The notes beneath the pieces were generated by a model. It searched no databases, was not told where the DNA came from, and worked only from the letters and a program-made list of their open reading frames with translations. 64,000 bases of DNA from Candidatus Binatia bacterium (GTDB lineage Bacteria > Desulfobacterota > Binatia > HRBIN30): the NCBI GenBank assembly GCA_038245295.1, contig JBBRSP010000009.1, positions 64,001 to 128,000 on the forward strand. The letters are read 5' to 3'. Positions 1-9,310 of this stretch are shown one piece after another. The translations under genes were made by a program, and so were the position numbers. Within the stretch, counting starts at the first letter, position 1. Each line of letters starts with the position of its first letter.

Positions 1-804
1 ATCGCCGGACGCCTCAGCGGCACGACGCAGGGTTTCGACTGGGCATTGTTGGCGTACAACGGAGCGGAGACCAACCCCGCCCTCGCTCTGGCGACGCAGA
101 TCTCAGCACCGCTGGCACAGCAGAAGCTCGCCCGTGGGCAGACACCGATCCTGAGCGATCTGCGCCAACTCGAGGCGCAGGTGGAGTTATCACCGCGTTA
201 CGGGCGGGTGGCAGCGGGTGGCGGCGATGTGGCGTTTGGGGTTGGCGGCGCGACGGTACGGGCGGAGATGCTGTATGCGCGTAATCGACTCATACCACGG
301 CGTAGCGACGATCTGCTGACCCTGGCCAACCTGCGTCGTTCCGTCTGCCATGATGCCGCATGCACCGGCGTCACGCCGCTCATCGCGGCCTTGCTTGCTG
401 GTGAGTCTGTCGGCGTCGACCTCGGCGAGCTCTTCGTGCGGCGTGATACCGTCGAATGGGGTGTCGGTGCCGACTATCCGATCGCCGGCTGGGTGCCGCT
501 CTTGCAGATCAACCAGACACTCTTGCTGGACGATGACGACGAGCTGCTCGTACCGCGTGTCGACACGCGGCTGACTCTCGCCTTGCGCCGCGACTTCCTC
601 AACGAACAATTGCGCTTCGAGGTTGTGGCGTTGCAGGGAATGCCGCGCAGTTACACCAGTGGCATGGTGCGCTGGTCCTACGCACTGACCGACGCAGCGC
701 GATTGCGCTGGGGTTATTTGCTCCTCGCCGGTACACGCGACTCGCTGATCGGTCAGTATCAGGACAACGACGAAGCCTTCCTCGAGCTACGTTACACCTT
801 CTGA
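1..804 (+). CDS. Partial (5'-truncated) outer-membrane beta-barrel protein, DUF1302-like
   Basis: Frame is open from position 1 (IAGRLSGTTQGFDWALL...). Amphipathic strands and a C-terminal FLELRYTF beta-signal ending in Phe. Confidence 0.6.
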   Translation: MAGRLSGTTQGFDWALLAYNGAETNPALALATQISAPLAQQKLARGQTPILSDLRQLEAQVELSPRYGRVAAGGGDVAFGVGGATVRAEMLYARNRLIPRRSDDLLTLANLRRSVCHDAACTGVTPLIAALLAGESVGVDLGELFVRRDTVEWGVGADYPIAGWVPLLQINQTLLLDDDDELLVPRVDTRLTLALRRDFLNEQLRFEVVALQGMPRSYTSGMVRWSYALTDAARLRWGYLLLAGTRDSLIGQYQDNDEAFLELRYTF

Positions 805-815
805 CGGCAGCACCC

Positions 816-833
816 CGCAGGCTTCAGCCTGCG
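816..833. repeat. REP-like palindrome core CGCAGGCT-TC-AGCCTGCG
   Basis: Same core recurs at 25050, 29056, 60650 and 60703. Confidence 0.75.
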
Positions 834-905
834 CACAGCCGGCCGGTCCGTTCGACGACGCTACACGGTTGCCATCCGGCCACTCCGCGAGGTAGTTCGC
901 TGCGT

Positions 906-2087
906 ATGGAACTCAATCCATTCTCGTACGAATTCCACGAGAACCCCTATCCCACCTACAAGTGGCTGCGGCAAAACTCGCCGTTGTATCGCAACGACAA
1001 ACTCGACTTCTGGGCCCTGACGCGTTTCCGCGATGTCATCGGTGCGTCACACGATTGGGCGACATACAGCTCGGCGGAAGGGATCACACTGGAGCGTATG
1101 GACCCGCGCACGTTCGATTTGACGCCGATGATGATCTTCATGGATCCACCGCGTCACGACCGTCTACGCAAGCTCGTCGGCCATGCCTTCACACCGCGAC
1201 GCATCAACGACCTCGAACCTTTCATTCGGCAGATTTCGGCGCGGCTGATCGAGCCGCTGGCCAAGCAGGGCGGCGGCGACTTTGTGCAGGACTTCTCGAC
1301 GCCGCTGCCGATGGAAGTAATCTTCACCATGCTCGGCGTACCGGATGCGGATCGCCAGGAGCTGCGGCATTGGATGGACAAGTCGCTCGACCGCGATGAC
1401 GACTCACCGCAGATTCCAGCGCGCGCCATCGAGGCATCGATGAATCTGGTGCGTTACTGGTTTCAATTGGTTCCGGATCTACGCCAGCATCCCAACGACG
1501 GCCTGATCTGTAGTTTGCTGGAAGCCGAGATCACCGCCGACGATGGCTCGGCTGCCAAGTTGACCGACGGCGAGATCGCCGGCTTCTGCGCCCTGATCGG
1601 CGCCGCCGGCAACGAGACCGTAACCAAGGCGTTGGCCAACGCTGCGGTCCTGTTCGCGCGCCACCCCGGCGAATGGAACCGAGTCGTCGACACCCCAGCC
1701 CTCATTCCCGGCGCCATGGAAGAATCCCTGCGCTACTATCCGCCGTCGCAGTACCAGGGGCGCACGCTGACGCGCGACGTCGAATGGTACGGCGCAGTGG
1801 TGCCCAAGGGTGCTCGCATCCTGCTGGTCACCGGCTCGGCGACGCGCGACGAAGAAGAGTTCAAGGATCCGGAGCGTTTCGACATCGAACGCCCGGTGCC
1901 GATCGCCATGAGCTTCGGTTACGGCATCCACTTCTGCCTCGGCGCGTCGCTGGCACGCCTTGAAAGCCGCGTCGCGATGGAAGAATTCGCGAAGCGCTTT
2001 CCAAAGTTTCGCATCGACGAGTCGCGCGCCCGCCGGGTGCACATGAGCAACGTTCACGGCTTCGAGAGTGTGCCGTTCGAAGCATAG
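906..2087 (+). CDS. Cytochrome P450
   Basis: Heme motif FGYGIHFCLG, I-helix AAGNETVT, ExxR (EESLR), DPPRHDRLR. Confidence 0.97.
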   Translation: MELNPFSYEFHENPYPTYKWLRQNSPLYRNDKLDFWALTRFRDVIGASHDWATYSSAEGITLERMDPRTFDLTPMMIFMDPPRHDRLRKLVGHAFTPRRINDLEPFIRQISARLIEPLAKQGGGDFVQDFSTPLPMEVIFTMLGVPDADRQELRHWMDKSLDRDDDSPQIPARAIEASMNLVRYWFQLVPDLRQHPNDGLICSLLEAEITADDGSAAKLTDGEIAGFCALIGAAGNETVTKALANAAVLFARHPGEWNRVVDTPALIPGAMEESLRYYPPSQYQGRTLTRDVEWYGAVVPKGARILLVTGSATRDEEEFKDPERFDIERPVPIAMSFGYGIHFCLGASLARLESRVAMEEFAKRFPKFRIDESRARRVHMSNVHGFESVPFEA

Positions 2088-2146
2088 GGCGGGCGTTGCC
2101 CACCGTGGCGGCCTCTACTGAAAAGGTCGCCGGCAGCAGGAGATCA

Positions 2147-3523
2147 ATGACTCCGAACATCGTCTTCATCCTCGCCGACGATATGGGCTACGGCGACTTC
2201 GGTTGTTTCAACGACGGCCTGTCGCAGACGCCGACACTCGATGCGCTCGCCGACGAAGGCGTCTGCCTCACGCAGCACTACTCTGCGTCGCCGGTGTGCG
2301 CGCCGGCGCGCGCCTCGTTGTTGACCGGCCGTTATCCGCACCGCACCGGGGCGATCGACACACTCGAGTTGCGTGGCCTCGATCGCATCGCCTTACGCGA
2401 GCGAACGATCGCCGACTGCCTTCGGCAAGCTGGCTACGTCACCGGCCTGGTCGGCAAGTGGCACAATGGCGCGCTGGATTCGCGTTATCACCCGAACGCG
2501 CGCGGCTTCGATGAGTTCGCCGGCTTCTGCGGCGGCTGGGAGCCTTATTGGGATTGGCATCTCGACAGCAACGGTACACACTCGCGCGCCGATGGCCGTT
2601 ACCTGACCGACGTCTTCACCACTGAGGCAGTCCACTTCATCGAGCGCCACCAGCACTCGCCATTCTTTCTATACCTCGCCTACAACGCCCCACACTTTCC
2701 TTTCCAGTCAAAGGAAGAGGACGCCGTACCATTCCGCGACACCGGCCACTTCACCGAGGCCGTAAACCAGATCTACGGCATGATTCGCTGCATGGACCGT
2801 GGCGTTGCGCAGGTGCTCGAAACGTTGCGCCGTCTAGGCCTGGAAGAGAACACGTTGGTGCTGTTCTCGAGTGACAACGGACCACAGTTCGGCGGCAGCG
2901 GCGATGCCTGTACCGAACGATTCAACTGCGGCTTCAACGGTTCCAAGTTGCTCGTCTACGAAGGTGGCATCCGCCTACCCATGGTCCTGCGCTGGCCCGC
3001 CGGGATGGATGGGCGGCGGCGACTCGATTCGATGGTGCATTTGACCGACTGGTTACCGACGCTGCTCTCGGTCGCCGGGGCCGAAGCGCCGCGCGGCACC
3101 AAGCTCGACGGCATCGATGTCCTACCCATCCTGCGCGGGGAATCGGAAACGGTACCCGAGCAACGCTTCTGGCAATGGAATCGCTACACGCCGGTCGGTG
3201 AATGCAACGCCGCCATGCGTGACGGACGCTGGAAGCTCGTGCGTCCGGCGATAACCGAGTTGTTGAACGTCACAAACGACGACTTCGCCAAGGACATCGA
3301 TTCCAAGTTCAACCCCGAGAAGTACCAGGAACTTGATCGCACTCCGCTGCCGGAACACCAGACGCCGCTGATTCCGACACCGCAGCTCTTCGACCTACAA
3401 ACCGATCCGTTGGAGCAGAACGATCTCGCCGCCCGCGAGCCACAACGCGTGGCGCGCATGCAGGCGGAGCTTGCGGACTGGTTCGAAGAGGTAGAGCGCG
3501 ATCGACGTAGTATTGCGGATTGA
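2147..3523 (+). CDS. Arylsulfatase / sulfatase-like hydrolase (Cys-type formylglycine)
   Basis: PNIVFILADDMG, CAPARASLLTG (CxPxR), GKWH, SDNG. AGGAG RBS before ATG 2147. Confidence 0.95.
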   Translation: MTPNIVFILADDMGYGDFGCFNDGLSQTPTLDALADEGVCLTQHYSASPVCAPARASLLTGRYPHRTGAIDTLELRGLDRIALRERTIADCLRQAGYVTGLVGKWHNGALDSRYHPNARGFDEFAGFCGGWEPYWDWHLDSNGTHSRADGRYLTDVFTTEAVHFIERHQHSPFFLYLAYNAPHFPFQSKEEDAVPFRDTGHFTEAVNQIYGMIRCMDRGVAQVLETLRRLGLEENTLVLFSSDNGPQFGGSGDACTERFNCGFNGSKLLVYEGGIRLPMVLRWPAGMDGRRRLDSMVHLTDWLPTLLSVAGAEAPRGTKLDGIDVLPILRGESETVPEQRFWQWNRYTPVGECNAAMRDGRWKLVRPAITELLNVTNDDFAKDIDSKFNPEKYQELDRTPLPEHQTPLIPTPQLFDLQTDPLEQNDLAAREPQRVARMQAELADWFEEVERDRRSIAD

Positions 3524-3699
3524 GACATTCTTAGAACGGAGTCGGTGCGCCCTCACGCCGCCCATCATGGATCCGTCTACCGCGGGCTGGGGCCCCCTTT
3601 CGCGCCGCGCACTTCGGATAGAAACCAGCCCGACTCCGTTCCGATCTCCCGCGAAGGTCAGCCGTGCACGGGGCTGGATCTCCGAGGCCCATCGCAAGC

Positions 3700-4875
3700 T
3701 CACAAAACGCAGCGCACGCCATGGCGATCCATCTCGGCAACACACTTGTTGCACGAGACACAACGCGACTTTTCGATCTCGCCGCGTTGCATCCGATTGA
3801 CCAGATCTGGATCGGCGATCAGGGCGCGGCCCATGGCCACGAAGTCGAACCCTTCTTGCATCGCTGCCTCAAGGCTGGTGCGGGATAGCACTCCGCCGAT
3901 GAGCACCAGCGGCATGCGGACGGCGCGGCGCACGGCACGTGCGTCCTCGAGGAAGAACATTTCGTGGAACGGATACTCCTTGATGACGCGGGCACCGAGG
4001 AAGCGCAGCACGAGACGCTGCAGCGGATTCTTCTCGACCTCGATCATCTCCTTCAGCGGTCGGGCGCCGCGAAAGAGGTAAAATGGACTCTTGCTGGTGA
4101 AACCGCCGCTCAGGACAAGCGCGTTTACGCCGGCAGCTTCGAGTCGTTCGGCCACGCCAACGGCTTCCTCGATCTGCAGGCCGCCGCGAAAGCCGTCGCG
4201 CAGATTCGTCTTGGCCAGAATCGGTACGGTGTCGCCGACGCGCCGGCGTACTTCGGCGACCACGGCCAAGGGGAGCCGCATGCGATTATCGAGCGAACCG
4301 CCCCAGCGATCACGGCGGCGGTTGGTGGCCGGACTGATGAACTGAGAGAGCAGGTATCCGTGGCCGAGATGCAGCTCGACGGCATCGAAGCCGGCACGCA
4401 CGGCCAACGCAGCGGCGGTGCCGAACTCGTCGATCGCCTGTGTCATATCGTCGTCGTTCATCGCACGCGTGAACGGCATGCCGGACATCACACCGTATTC
4501 GTTGATTGCGAACGATGGTGCGAGCGGCCGCCAGCCGCGCAGCTCTTTGTTCTTGCTGAAGGCGCCGCAATGCCCGAGCTGTAGGGACACCTTGGCCCCG
4601 GCGTCGCGCACCGCCGTCGTCAACGCCGTCAGGGCCGGCACAATCGCCTCGCGCATGTACATCTGTTCGCGGAAGGTGCGGCCGTTCGACGACACCGAAC
4701 AGTATGCCACCGTCGTCATACCGACACCGCCGCGGGCAAGCGCGACATGGTGCTCGGTGAGCGCCGGCGAGGGCAGTCCTCCCGGCGTCATCCCCTCATA
4801 GGTGGCGGTTTTGATGATGCGGTTACGCAGCGACAGCGGGCCGAGCTGCGCCGCTTCGAAAACGGAGGGCGACAT
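3700..4875 (-). CDS. NADH:flavin oxidoreductase (Old Yellow Enzyme family)
   Basis: LRNRIIK, AGFDAVELHLGHGYLLSQFISP, RRDRWGGSLDNRMR, MGRALIADPDL, C-terminal CxxCNxC. Confidence 0.93.
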   Translation of the reverse strand: MSPSVFEAAQLGPLSLRNRIIKTATYEGMTPGGLPSPALTEHHVALARGGVGMTTVAYCSVSSNGRTFREQMYMREAIVPALTALTTAVRDAGAKVSLQLGHCGAFSKNKELRGWRPLAPSFAINEYGVMSGMPFTRAMNDDDMTQAIDEFGTAAALAVRAGFDAVELHLGHGYLLSQFISPATNRRRDRWGGSLDNRMRLPLAVVAEVRRRVGDTVPILAKTNLRDGFRGGLQIEEAVGVAERLEAAGVNALVLSGGFTSKSPFYLFRGARPLKEMIEVEKNPLQRLVLRFLGARVIKEYPFHEMFFLEDARAVRRAVRMPLVLIGGVLSRTSLEAAMQEGFDFVAMGRALIADPDLVNRMQRGEIEKSRCVSCNKCVAEMDRHGVRCVL

Positions 4876-4970
4876 CGGCGGCAGACTGTGCCGTGAACGC
4901 GAAAGAATCAACGGCACGGCCTAACTCGGGCATCGGCCGCCCTGGGGGAACCGCCACACACCAGTCGACT

Positions 4971-5264
4971 TCACGCCTTCGAGCGCGCCGCTCGCTTTGG
5001 TGCCTTTTTCGCCACAGCCTTCTTTGCTGGCTTGGCTGTCGCCTTGGCCGGCTTGCTGAGCTCCATTCTTACCTCGTGTGCGTACTTCTCAACCTGCGCC
5101 GCGACAGCCGCAGCTTTCTGCCGCAACGAGTTGGCCGCTCGTTCGAGGTTCTTGGTAAGCCCCGCCTGGTTCGCCGCACTGCGGATGTCGGCGCGCAGAC
5201 GCTTCGCAAGTTCTTCGAGCTCCTTGATCACTTCCGCCAAACGATCGTTCTTCTTGGTAGCCAT
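4971..5264 (-). CDS. Small basic Lys/Ala-rich protein (coiled coil plus histone H1-like tail)
   Basis: AGGAGG RBS. Tail KPAKATAKPAKKAVAKKAPKRAARSKA. Confidence 0.8.
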   Translation of the reverse strand: MATKKNDRLAEVIKELEELAKRLRADIRSAANQAGLTKNLERAANSLRQKAAAVAAQVEKYAHEVRMELSKPAKATAKPAKKAVAKKAPKRAARSKA

Positions 5265-5291
5265 GAGTTCCTCCTGTCTACCAATTCCTTC

Positions 5292-5307
5292 CGCAAATGC
5301 CCTGCCA
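5292..5307 (-). promoter_or_regulatory. Putative sigma54 (-24/-12) promoter of the small basic protein
   Basis: Minus strand reads TGGCAGGGCATTTGCG (GG-N10-GC), 28 bp upstream of the ATG. Confidence 0.65.
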
Positions 5308-5443
5308 CGCGGCGTGATGTTTCGCAGCGACGCTTCTTAGGAGGAAGAGAGTCGCCTGCTTCTCGATCCTGATACGTGTTTTCGAAGCGACCTCGCAACT
5401 TCCGGAATTCGCGCCGAGCGTCAGCCCGGCGGAGGTCAACCTA

Positions 5444-6076
5444 CTAGCGGCTCAGGAGGGCGTAGGGTCCACCCTTCTCGATGCCACGCTTGTACGCTGG
5501 GCGTGCCTGCATACGAGCCCGGTACGCAACCAATCCCGGATAAGGTTCGAGCCGTGCGCCGGCCGCCTCGAGCACGAACAAGAGCTGGATATCCGCCCCG
5601 GTGAGATCGTTGCCGACGAAGAACTCGTGGCCCTGGATGGCCGATTCCATGTACGAGAGATTGTTTTCGATCTCGCTATCGACACGCGGCTTCAAGATCG
5701 CCGCCGCGTCGCCGAGAAGACCCGTGTAGAGGGCCATCAAGAGTGGCAGCATCGCCGAGCCCTCGGCATAGTGCATCCACTCGATGTACTTCCAATACTC
5801 GTCGGTGCCGGCTTTCGGTTTCATGCGCCCCTTGCCGTAAGTGTCGATGATGTACTCCACGATGGCACCCGACTCGGCGATTGTCTTGCCGTTATCCGTG
5901 ATCACCGGTGATTTGCCGAGCGGGTGAACCGCCTTCAACTCTGGCGGCGCAAACGGCATCGGCGCACCGCGCGTGTAGTGCGCAATCTCGTACGGAACAC
6001 CAAGCTCTTCGACCAGCCAAAGAATGCGTTGTGAACGTGAATTGTTGAGATGATGAACGACAAGCATCAGGCCCAC
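5444..6076 (-). CDS. Glutathione S-transferase (GTT1-like)
   Basis: HHLNNSRSQRILWL, HPLGKSPVI, AESGAIVEY, LTGADI. Confidence 0.95.
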   Translation of the reverse strand: MGLMLVVHHLNNSRSQRILWLVEELGVPYEIAHYTRGAPMPFAPPELKAVHPLGKSPVITDNGKTIAESGAIVEYIIDTYGKGRMKPKAGTDEYWKYIEWMHYAEGSAMLPLLMALYTGLLGDAAAILKPRVDSEIENNLSYMESAIQGHEFFVGNDLTGADIQLLFVLEAAGARLEPYPGLVAYRARMQARPAYKRGIEKGGPYALLSR

Positions 6077-6125
6077 CTCCGTGTGCGACGCAATCCATCA
6101 GGTGTTGGCCCGCCCTGCAATCCCA

Positions 6126-6214
6126 GAAAAGGGGACAGGACCCTTTCTTGGCGGCCGCGGAAAAGGGGGCAGGACCCTTTCTTGGCGGCCGCGGAAAAGG
6201 GGGCAGGACCCTTT
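6126..6214. repeat. 2.6 tandem copies of a 34-bp unit containing an AAAGGG...CCCTTT hairpin
   Basis: GAAAAGGGGRCAGGACCCTTTCTTGGCGGCCGCG at 6126 and 6160, partial copy at 6194. Confidence 0.9.
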
Positions 6215-6498
6215 TAGTCGGCGTGTGGGTCGAACTCGAAGGCTAGCTGGTGCTTCTTCTTGTTGTTGCAGGGTTTGCAGGCCGGCGCGAGGTTGCCCTT
6301 GGTCGACTGGCCGCCGCGGATGATCGGCACGATGTGGTCCATTGTCAGATCAGCGGGGGCGAACTTTTCGCCACAGTAGTGGCACAGGCCCTCGGCGAGC
6401 TTGCGCTTCCACCAGGTCGATTGGCGCAGCTCGCGGGCCTTGGCGCGCTCGCGGCGGATGTCCTCTTCGGACGCGATGGCGATGAACGAAGAGCTCAT
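6214..6498 (-). CDS. Small HNH endonuclease
   Basis: CHYC...LTMDHIVPIIRGG...NLAPACKPCNNKK. Confidence 0.92.
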   Translation of the reverse strand: MSSSFIAIASEEDIRRERAKARELRQSTWWKRKLAEGLCHYCGEKFAPADLTMDHIVPIIRGGQSTKGNLAPACKPCNNKKKHQLAFEFDPHAD

Positions 6499-6500
6499 TC

Positions 6501-9131
6501 CTATTTGGCGAGCGCCTCGGTGAGCGCCGGCTGGATGCGTTGTACGGCCGCCGTGTCGATACGCAATTGCTCGATCACTTGGGCTGTAGTCTCACGCGTT
6601 TCGTCGTGCACACGTGCCGCCAGGACCTGGCGAACCTCCGAGGAGACCGGCTCGTAGGCGAGCTGACCGACGCCGCGAATCAACCCCTGCAACAGCATCG
6701 GATCCATTCGTTTAGCGAGTGCGTCCCAGCGCTCGCGTACGAACTCCCACGCCGCCTGACGCGACAGACGACGCCCGAGCAGTCCGGATGACAGATAGGT
6801 AAGGTCCTGCGCTCGCACTTCCTCCGAGAGCATCATGGACAGACTCTTCTGGATCAGGTCAGGCGACTCGAACGCCGTCAGCGCCAGAAGAAAGCGCTGC
6901 TCTTCTTCCGGATCGGTCTTCGAGGCGCGCTTGCGTTCGAGATAGCGTTCGTACAAAGCCGCATCACCGTCGCGGGCACTGAGACCGACGACCGTCGACA
7001 CGAGATTCGGTTCCAACGTCGTGCGATTGGTCATGTAGCGCTCGAGCCGCTCGCGCGCTCCTTTGCGGATCGCCGCATCACGCGCCAGACCGCCGAGAGC
7101 GCCGATGACGACGGCGCGGCGCAGCTTGTCGTCGTCGCTGTCTCCCGGCTGTGCTTCCCAGCCGAGCGCCTCGAACTGCGGACGGTAGTAGCCCTCAACG
7201 AACTTCTGGAACGCGGCGCGGCTGCCGTCGGCGACGGCTTGTAGGGACAACCACGACAGCTGATCGGCGATCAGCGAGACAACAGCTCGGTCCTTCTCGT
7301 TGCGGTAGCCTTCCAGCAGATGCAGATACTGCGCGACATCGACATGCCCGGCCTTCAGCAGCGCCCATTGGTTGTCGATCAGCATCAGGCGCTCGTGCGG
7401 CGCCAGGGTTTGGACGTTGTCGACGAGAGCTGCCATCGACGTATCGTCGAGGGCGAAGCGATAGAATCCCGAGGCTCCGCCATTCGGGAAGAACCAGCGC
7501 GCGCCCGGCAGGTCGACCGTCATGCTTGCCTTGTCGAAGACGACGCGTTGCTCCGCCGTGCCGCCGGCAGTTCCGTAGGTGATCACCATCGGCACGGGCC
7601 ACAGTTGTGCCGCGTTGCTCTTGGCGGCGTCCGGATCGGCGAAGAAGCGCTGTTGGCGCAACTCAATCCGCATGCCCTCCTTGGTCGTTTGCGCGGTGGC
7701 GCGCACGACAGGATGCCCCGGCTCCGTGATCCAGGCGTTGGCGATGGTGGCGACGTCGCGTCCGGATGCCGCACTGAGCTCGCGCCAGAAGTCATCCGCC
7801 GTGGCGTTGGCTTCGCGATAACGATTCAAATAGGTGCGCACACCGGCGCGGAAAGGCTCCGCACCCAGGAAACCCTCGATCATCCGCACCACACCGGCGC
7901 CCTTCCAGTAGGTGATCACATCGAATCGCTCGGTGGCTTGTTTGGCGTTCTTCACTTCGAACGAGATCGGATGCGTCGAGACGAGTGCGTCGAGGTTGAA
8001 GGGTCGATTGAGTGTCGCCACAAAGTCGCGCCACATGCCCCACTCCGGCATCAACTCGGCGACGCACTTGTATCCGACAAACGTCGCGAACGATTCGTTG
8101 AGCCACAGATCGTTCCACCACACCATCGTCACGAGGTCGCCCCACCACATGTGGGTCAACTCGTGCGCCGCAGTATAGAAGATGCCTTTCTTGGCCGGCA
8201 GGGAGGTGCGTTCGGCGTCGGCGGCGATCGCCGTGAGCCGATACGTAATCGCACCGGGGTTCTCCATGGCGCCGGCTTCGAAATCGGGAAGACCGATGGC
8301 GTCGACCTTACCGTACGGATACGGGATCGCCGTATAGTCTTCGAGCCAGGTGAGCGAGCGGCTGTGCGCATCGCGGCCGAACACGCCCTTGTCGGCCATG
8401 CCTTTCGGCAGATAGACGCGCACGGGCCAGCCTTTGGCAGAGACCTCCACAGGCGTCGCGTCGAACGGGCCGATCAGGTACGCCACCAGATAGGAAGAGA
8501 TCTTCGGTGTCTCGGCGAACTCAATTTCGATCCGTCCGTCCTTGAGCGTGCGCCGCGACTTCTCCGCTCCGTTCGAAATGGCTGTGCTGCCGGCCGGGAT
8601 CACGAGCGTCAGCGCGAAGCGCGCTTTGAACTCGGGCTCGTCAAAACAAGGGAAGGCGCGCCGTGCATCAGCCGCTTCGAACTGCGTTGCGGCGTAGCGC
8701 GCGCCATCCTTCTGCGAACGATAGAATCCGCGCAGGCGTTCGAGGATCGCGCCTTCGAACTCGATCGCCACGGTCGTGGTGCCAGCAACTAGCTTTTGGG
8801 GGAAGGTCAGCGAGACCGTCTCGGCTTCGAGGTTGTGCGATACGGCGGCAGTCTGCCCGCCGGCAGTGGCGGACTGGATCTGCAGATCAACACTATGCAG
8901 CGTGACCGTGCTGGTCGGCTCGCTGATCCGGACGTCGATCTGCTCTGTGGCGTGAAAGCGCCACCGTTCCAAGTCGGCTTCGATCCGCAGGCCATACCGT
9001 TCCGGCATTACGTTCTTCGACAGGCGAAAATCGCGATCGCTCATGGCTCGACGATCTAGCCTCGGCGGTGCGAAACATCCACCGAGAACCGCGAGGCAGA
9101 GGAGAGTGACGAACAACGACTTACGGCTCAT
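6501..9131 (-). CDS. M1 family aminopeptidase with ERAP1-like C-terminal domain
   Basis: TQFEAADARRAFPCFDEP, GAMEN, HELTH-x18-E (WLNES). Alternative start at 9044. Confidence 0.96.
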   Translation of the reverse strand: MSRKSLFVTLLCLAVLGGCFAPPRLDRRAMSDRDFRLSKNVMPERYGLRIEADLERWRFHATEQIDVRISEPTSTVTLHSVDLQIQSATAGGQTAAVSHNLEAETVSLTFPQKLVAGTTTVAIEFEGAILERLRGFYRSQKDGARYAATQFEAADARRAFPCFDEPEFKARFALTLVIPAGSTAISNGAEKSRRTLKDGRIEIEFAETPKISSYLVAYLIGPFDATPVEVSAKGWPVRVYLPKGMADKGVFGRDAHSRSLTWLEDYTAIPYPYGKVDAIGLPDFEAGAMENPGAITYRLTAIAADAERTSLPAKKGIFYTAAHELTHMWWGDLVTMVWWNDLWLNESFATFVGYKCVAELMPEWGMWRDFVATLNRPFNLDALVSTHPISFEVKNAKQATERFDVITYWKGAGVVRMIEGFLGAEPFRAGVRTYLNRYREANATADDFWRELSAASGRDVATIANAWITEPGHPVVRATAQTTKEGMRIELRQQRFFADPDAAKSNAAQLWPVPMVITYGTAGGTAEQRVVFDKASMTVDLPGARWFFPNGGASGFYRFALDDTSMAALVDNVQTLAPHERLMLIDNQWALLKAGHVDVAQYLHLLEGYRNEKDRAVVSLIADQLSWLSLQAVADGSRAAFQKFVEGYYRPQFEALGWEAQPGDSDDDKLRRAVVIGALGGLARDAAIRKGARERLERYMTNRTTLEPNLVSTVVGLSARDGDAALYERYLERKRASKTDPEEEQRFLLALTAFESPDLIQKSLSMMLSEEVRAQDLTYLSSGLLGRRLSRQAAWEFVRERWDALAKRMDPMLLQGLIRGVGQLAYEPVSSEVRQVLAARVHDETRETTAQVIEQLRIDTAAVQRIQPALTEALAK

Positions 9132-9310
9132 GATGCAAGGTCCGCAACAGCCGTACCGTGGGTGGACCGGGTTGGCAACGACGATGGCTCTGGCGCCTGG
9201 TCACCATCGCTGGGCGCCGTGGAGCGGCGCGCTTCGCCTTTGGAGCCGGCGGCAGCGACACAGAATGGTAGACAGGCCGGCATCGACCAACTAGAGGAAC
9301 GGCGCGCGCG

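Noticed and set aside
6126..6214. Possible mini-CRISPR array next to an HNH gene
   Set aside because: Linkers are identical and only 13 bp, and there are no cas genes. It is a tandem repeat.
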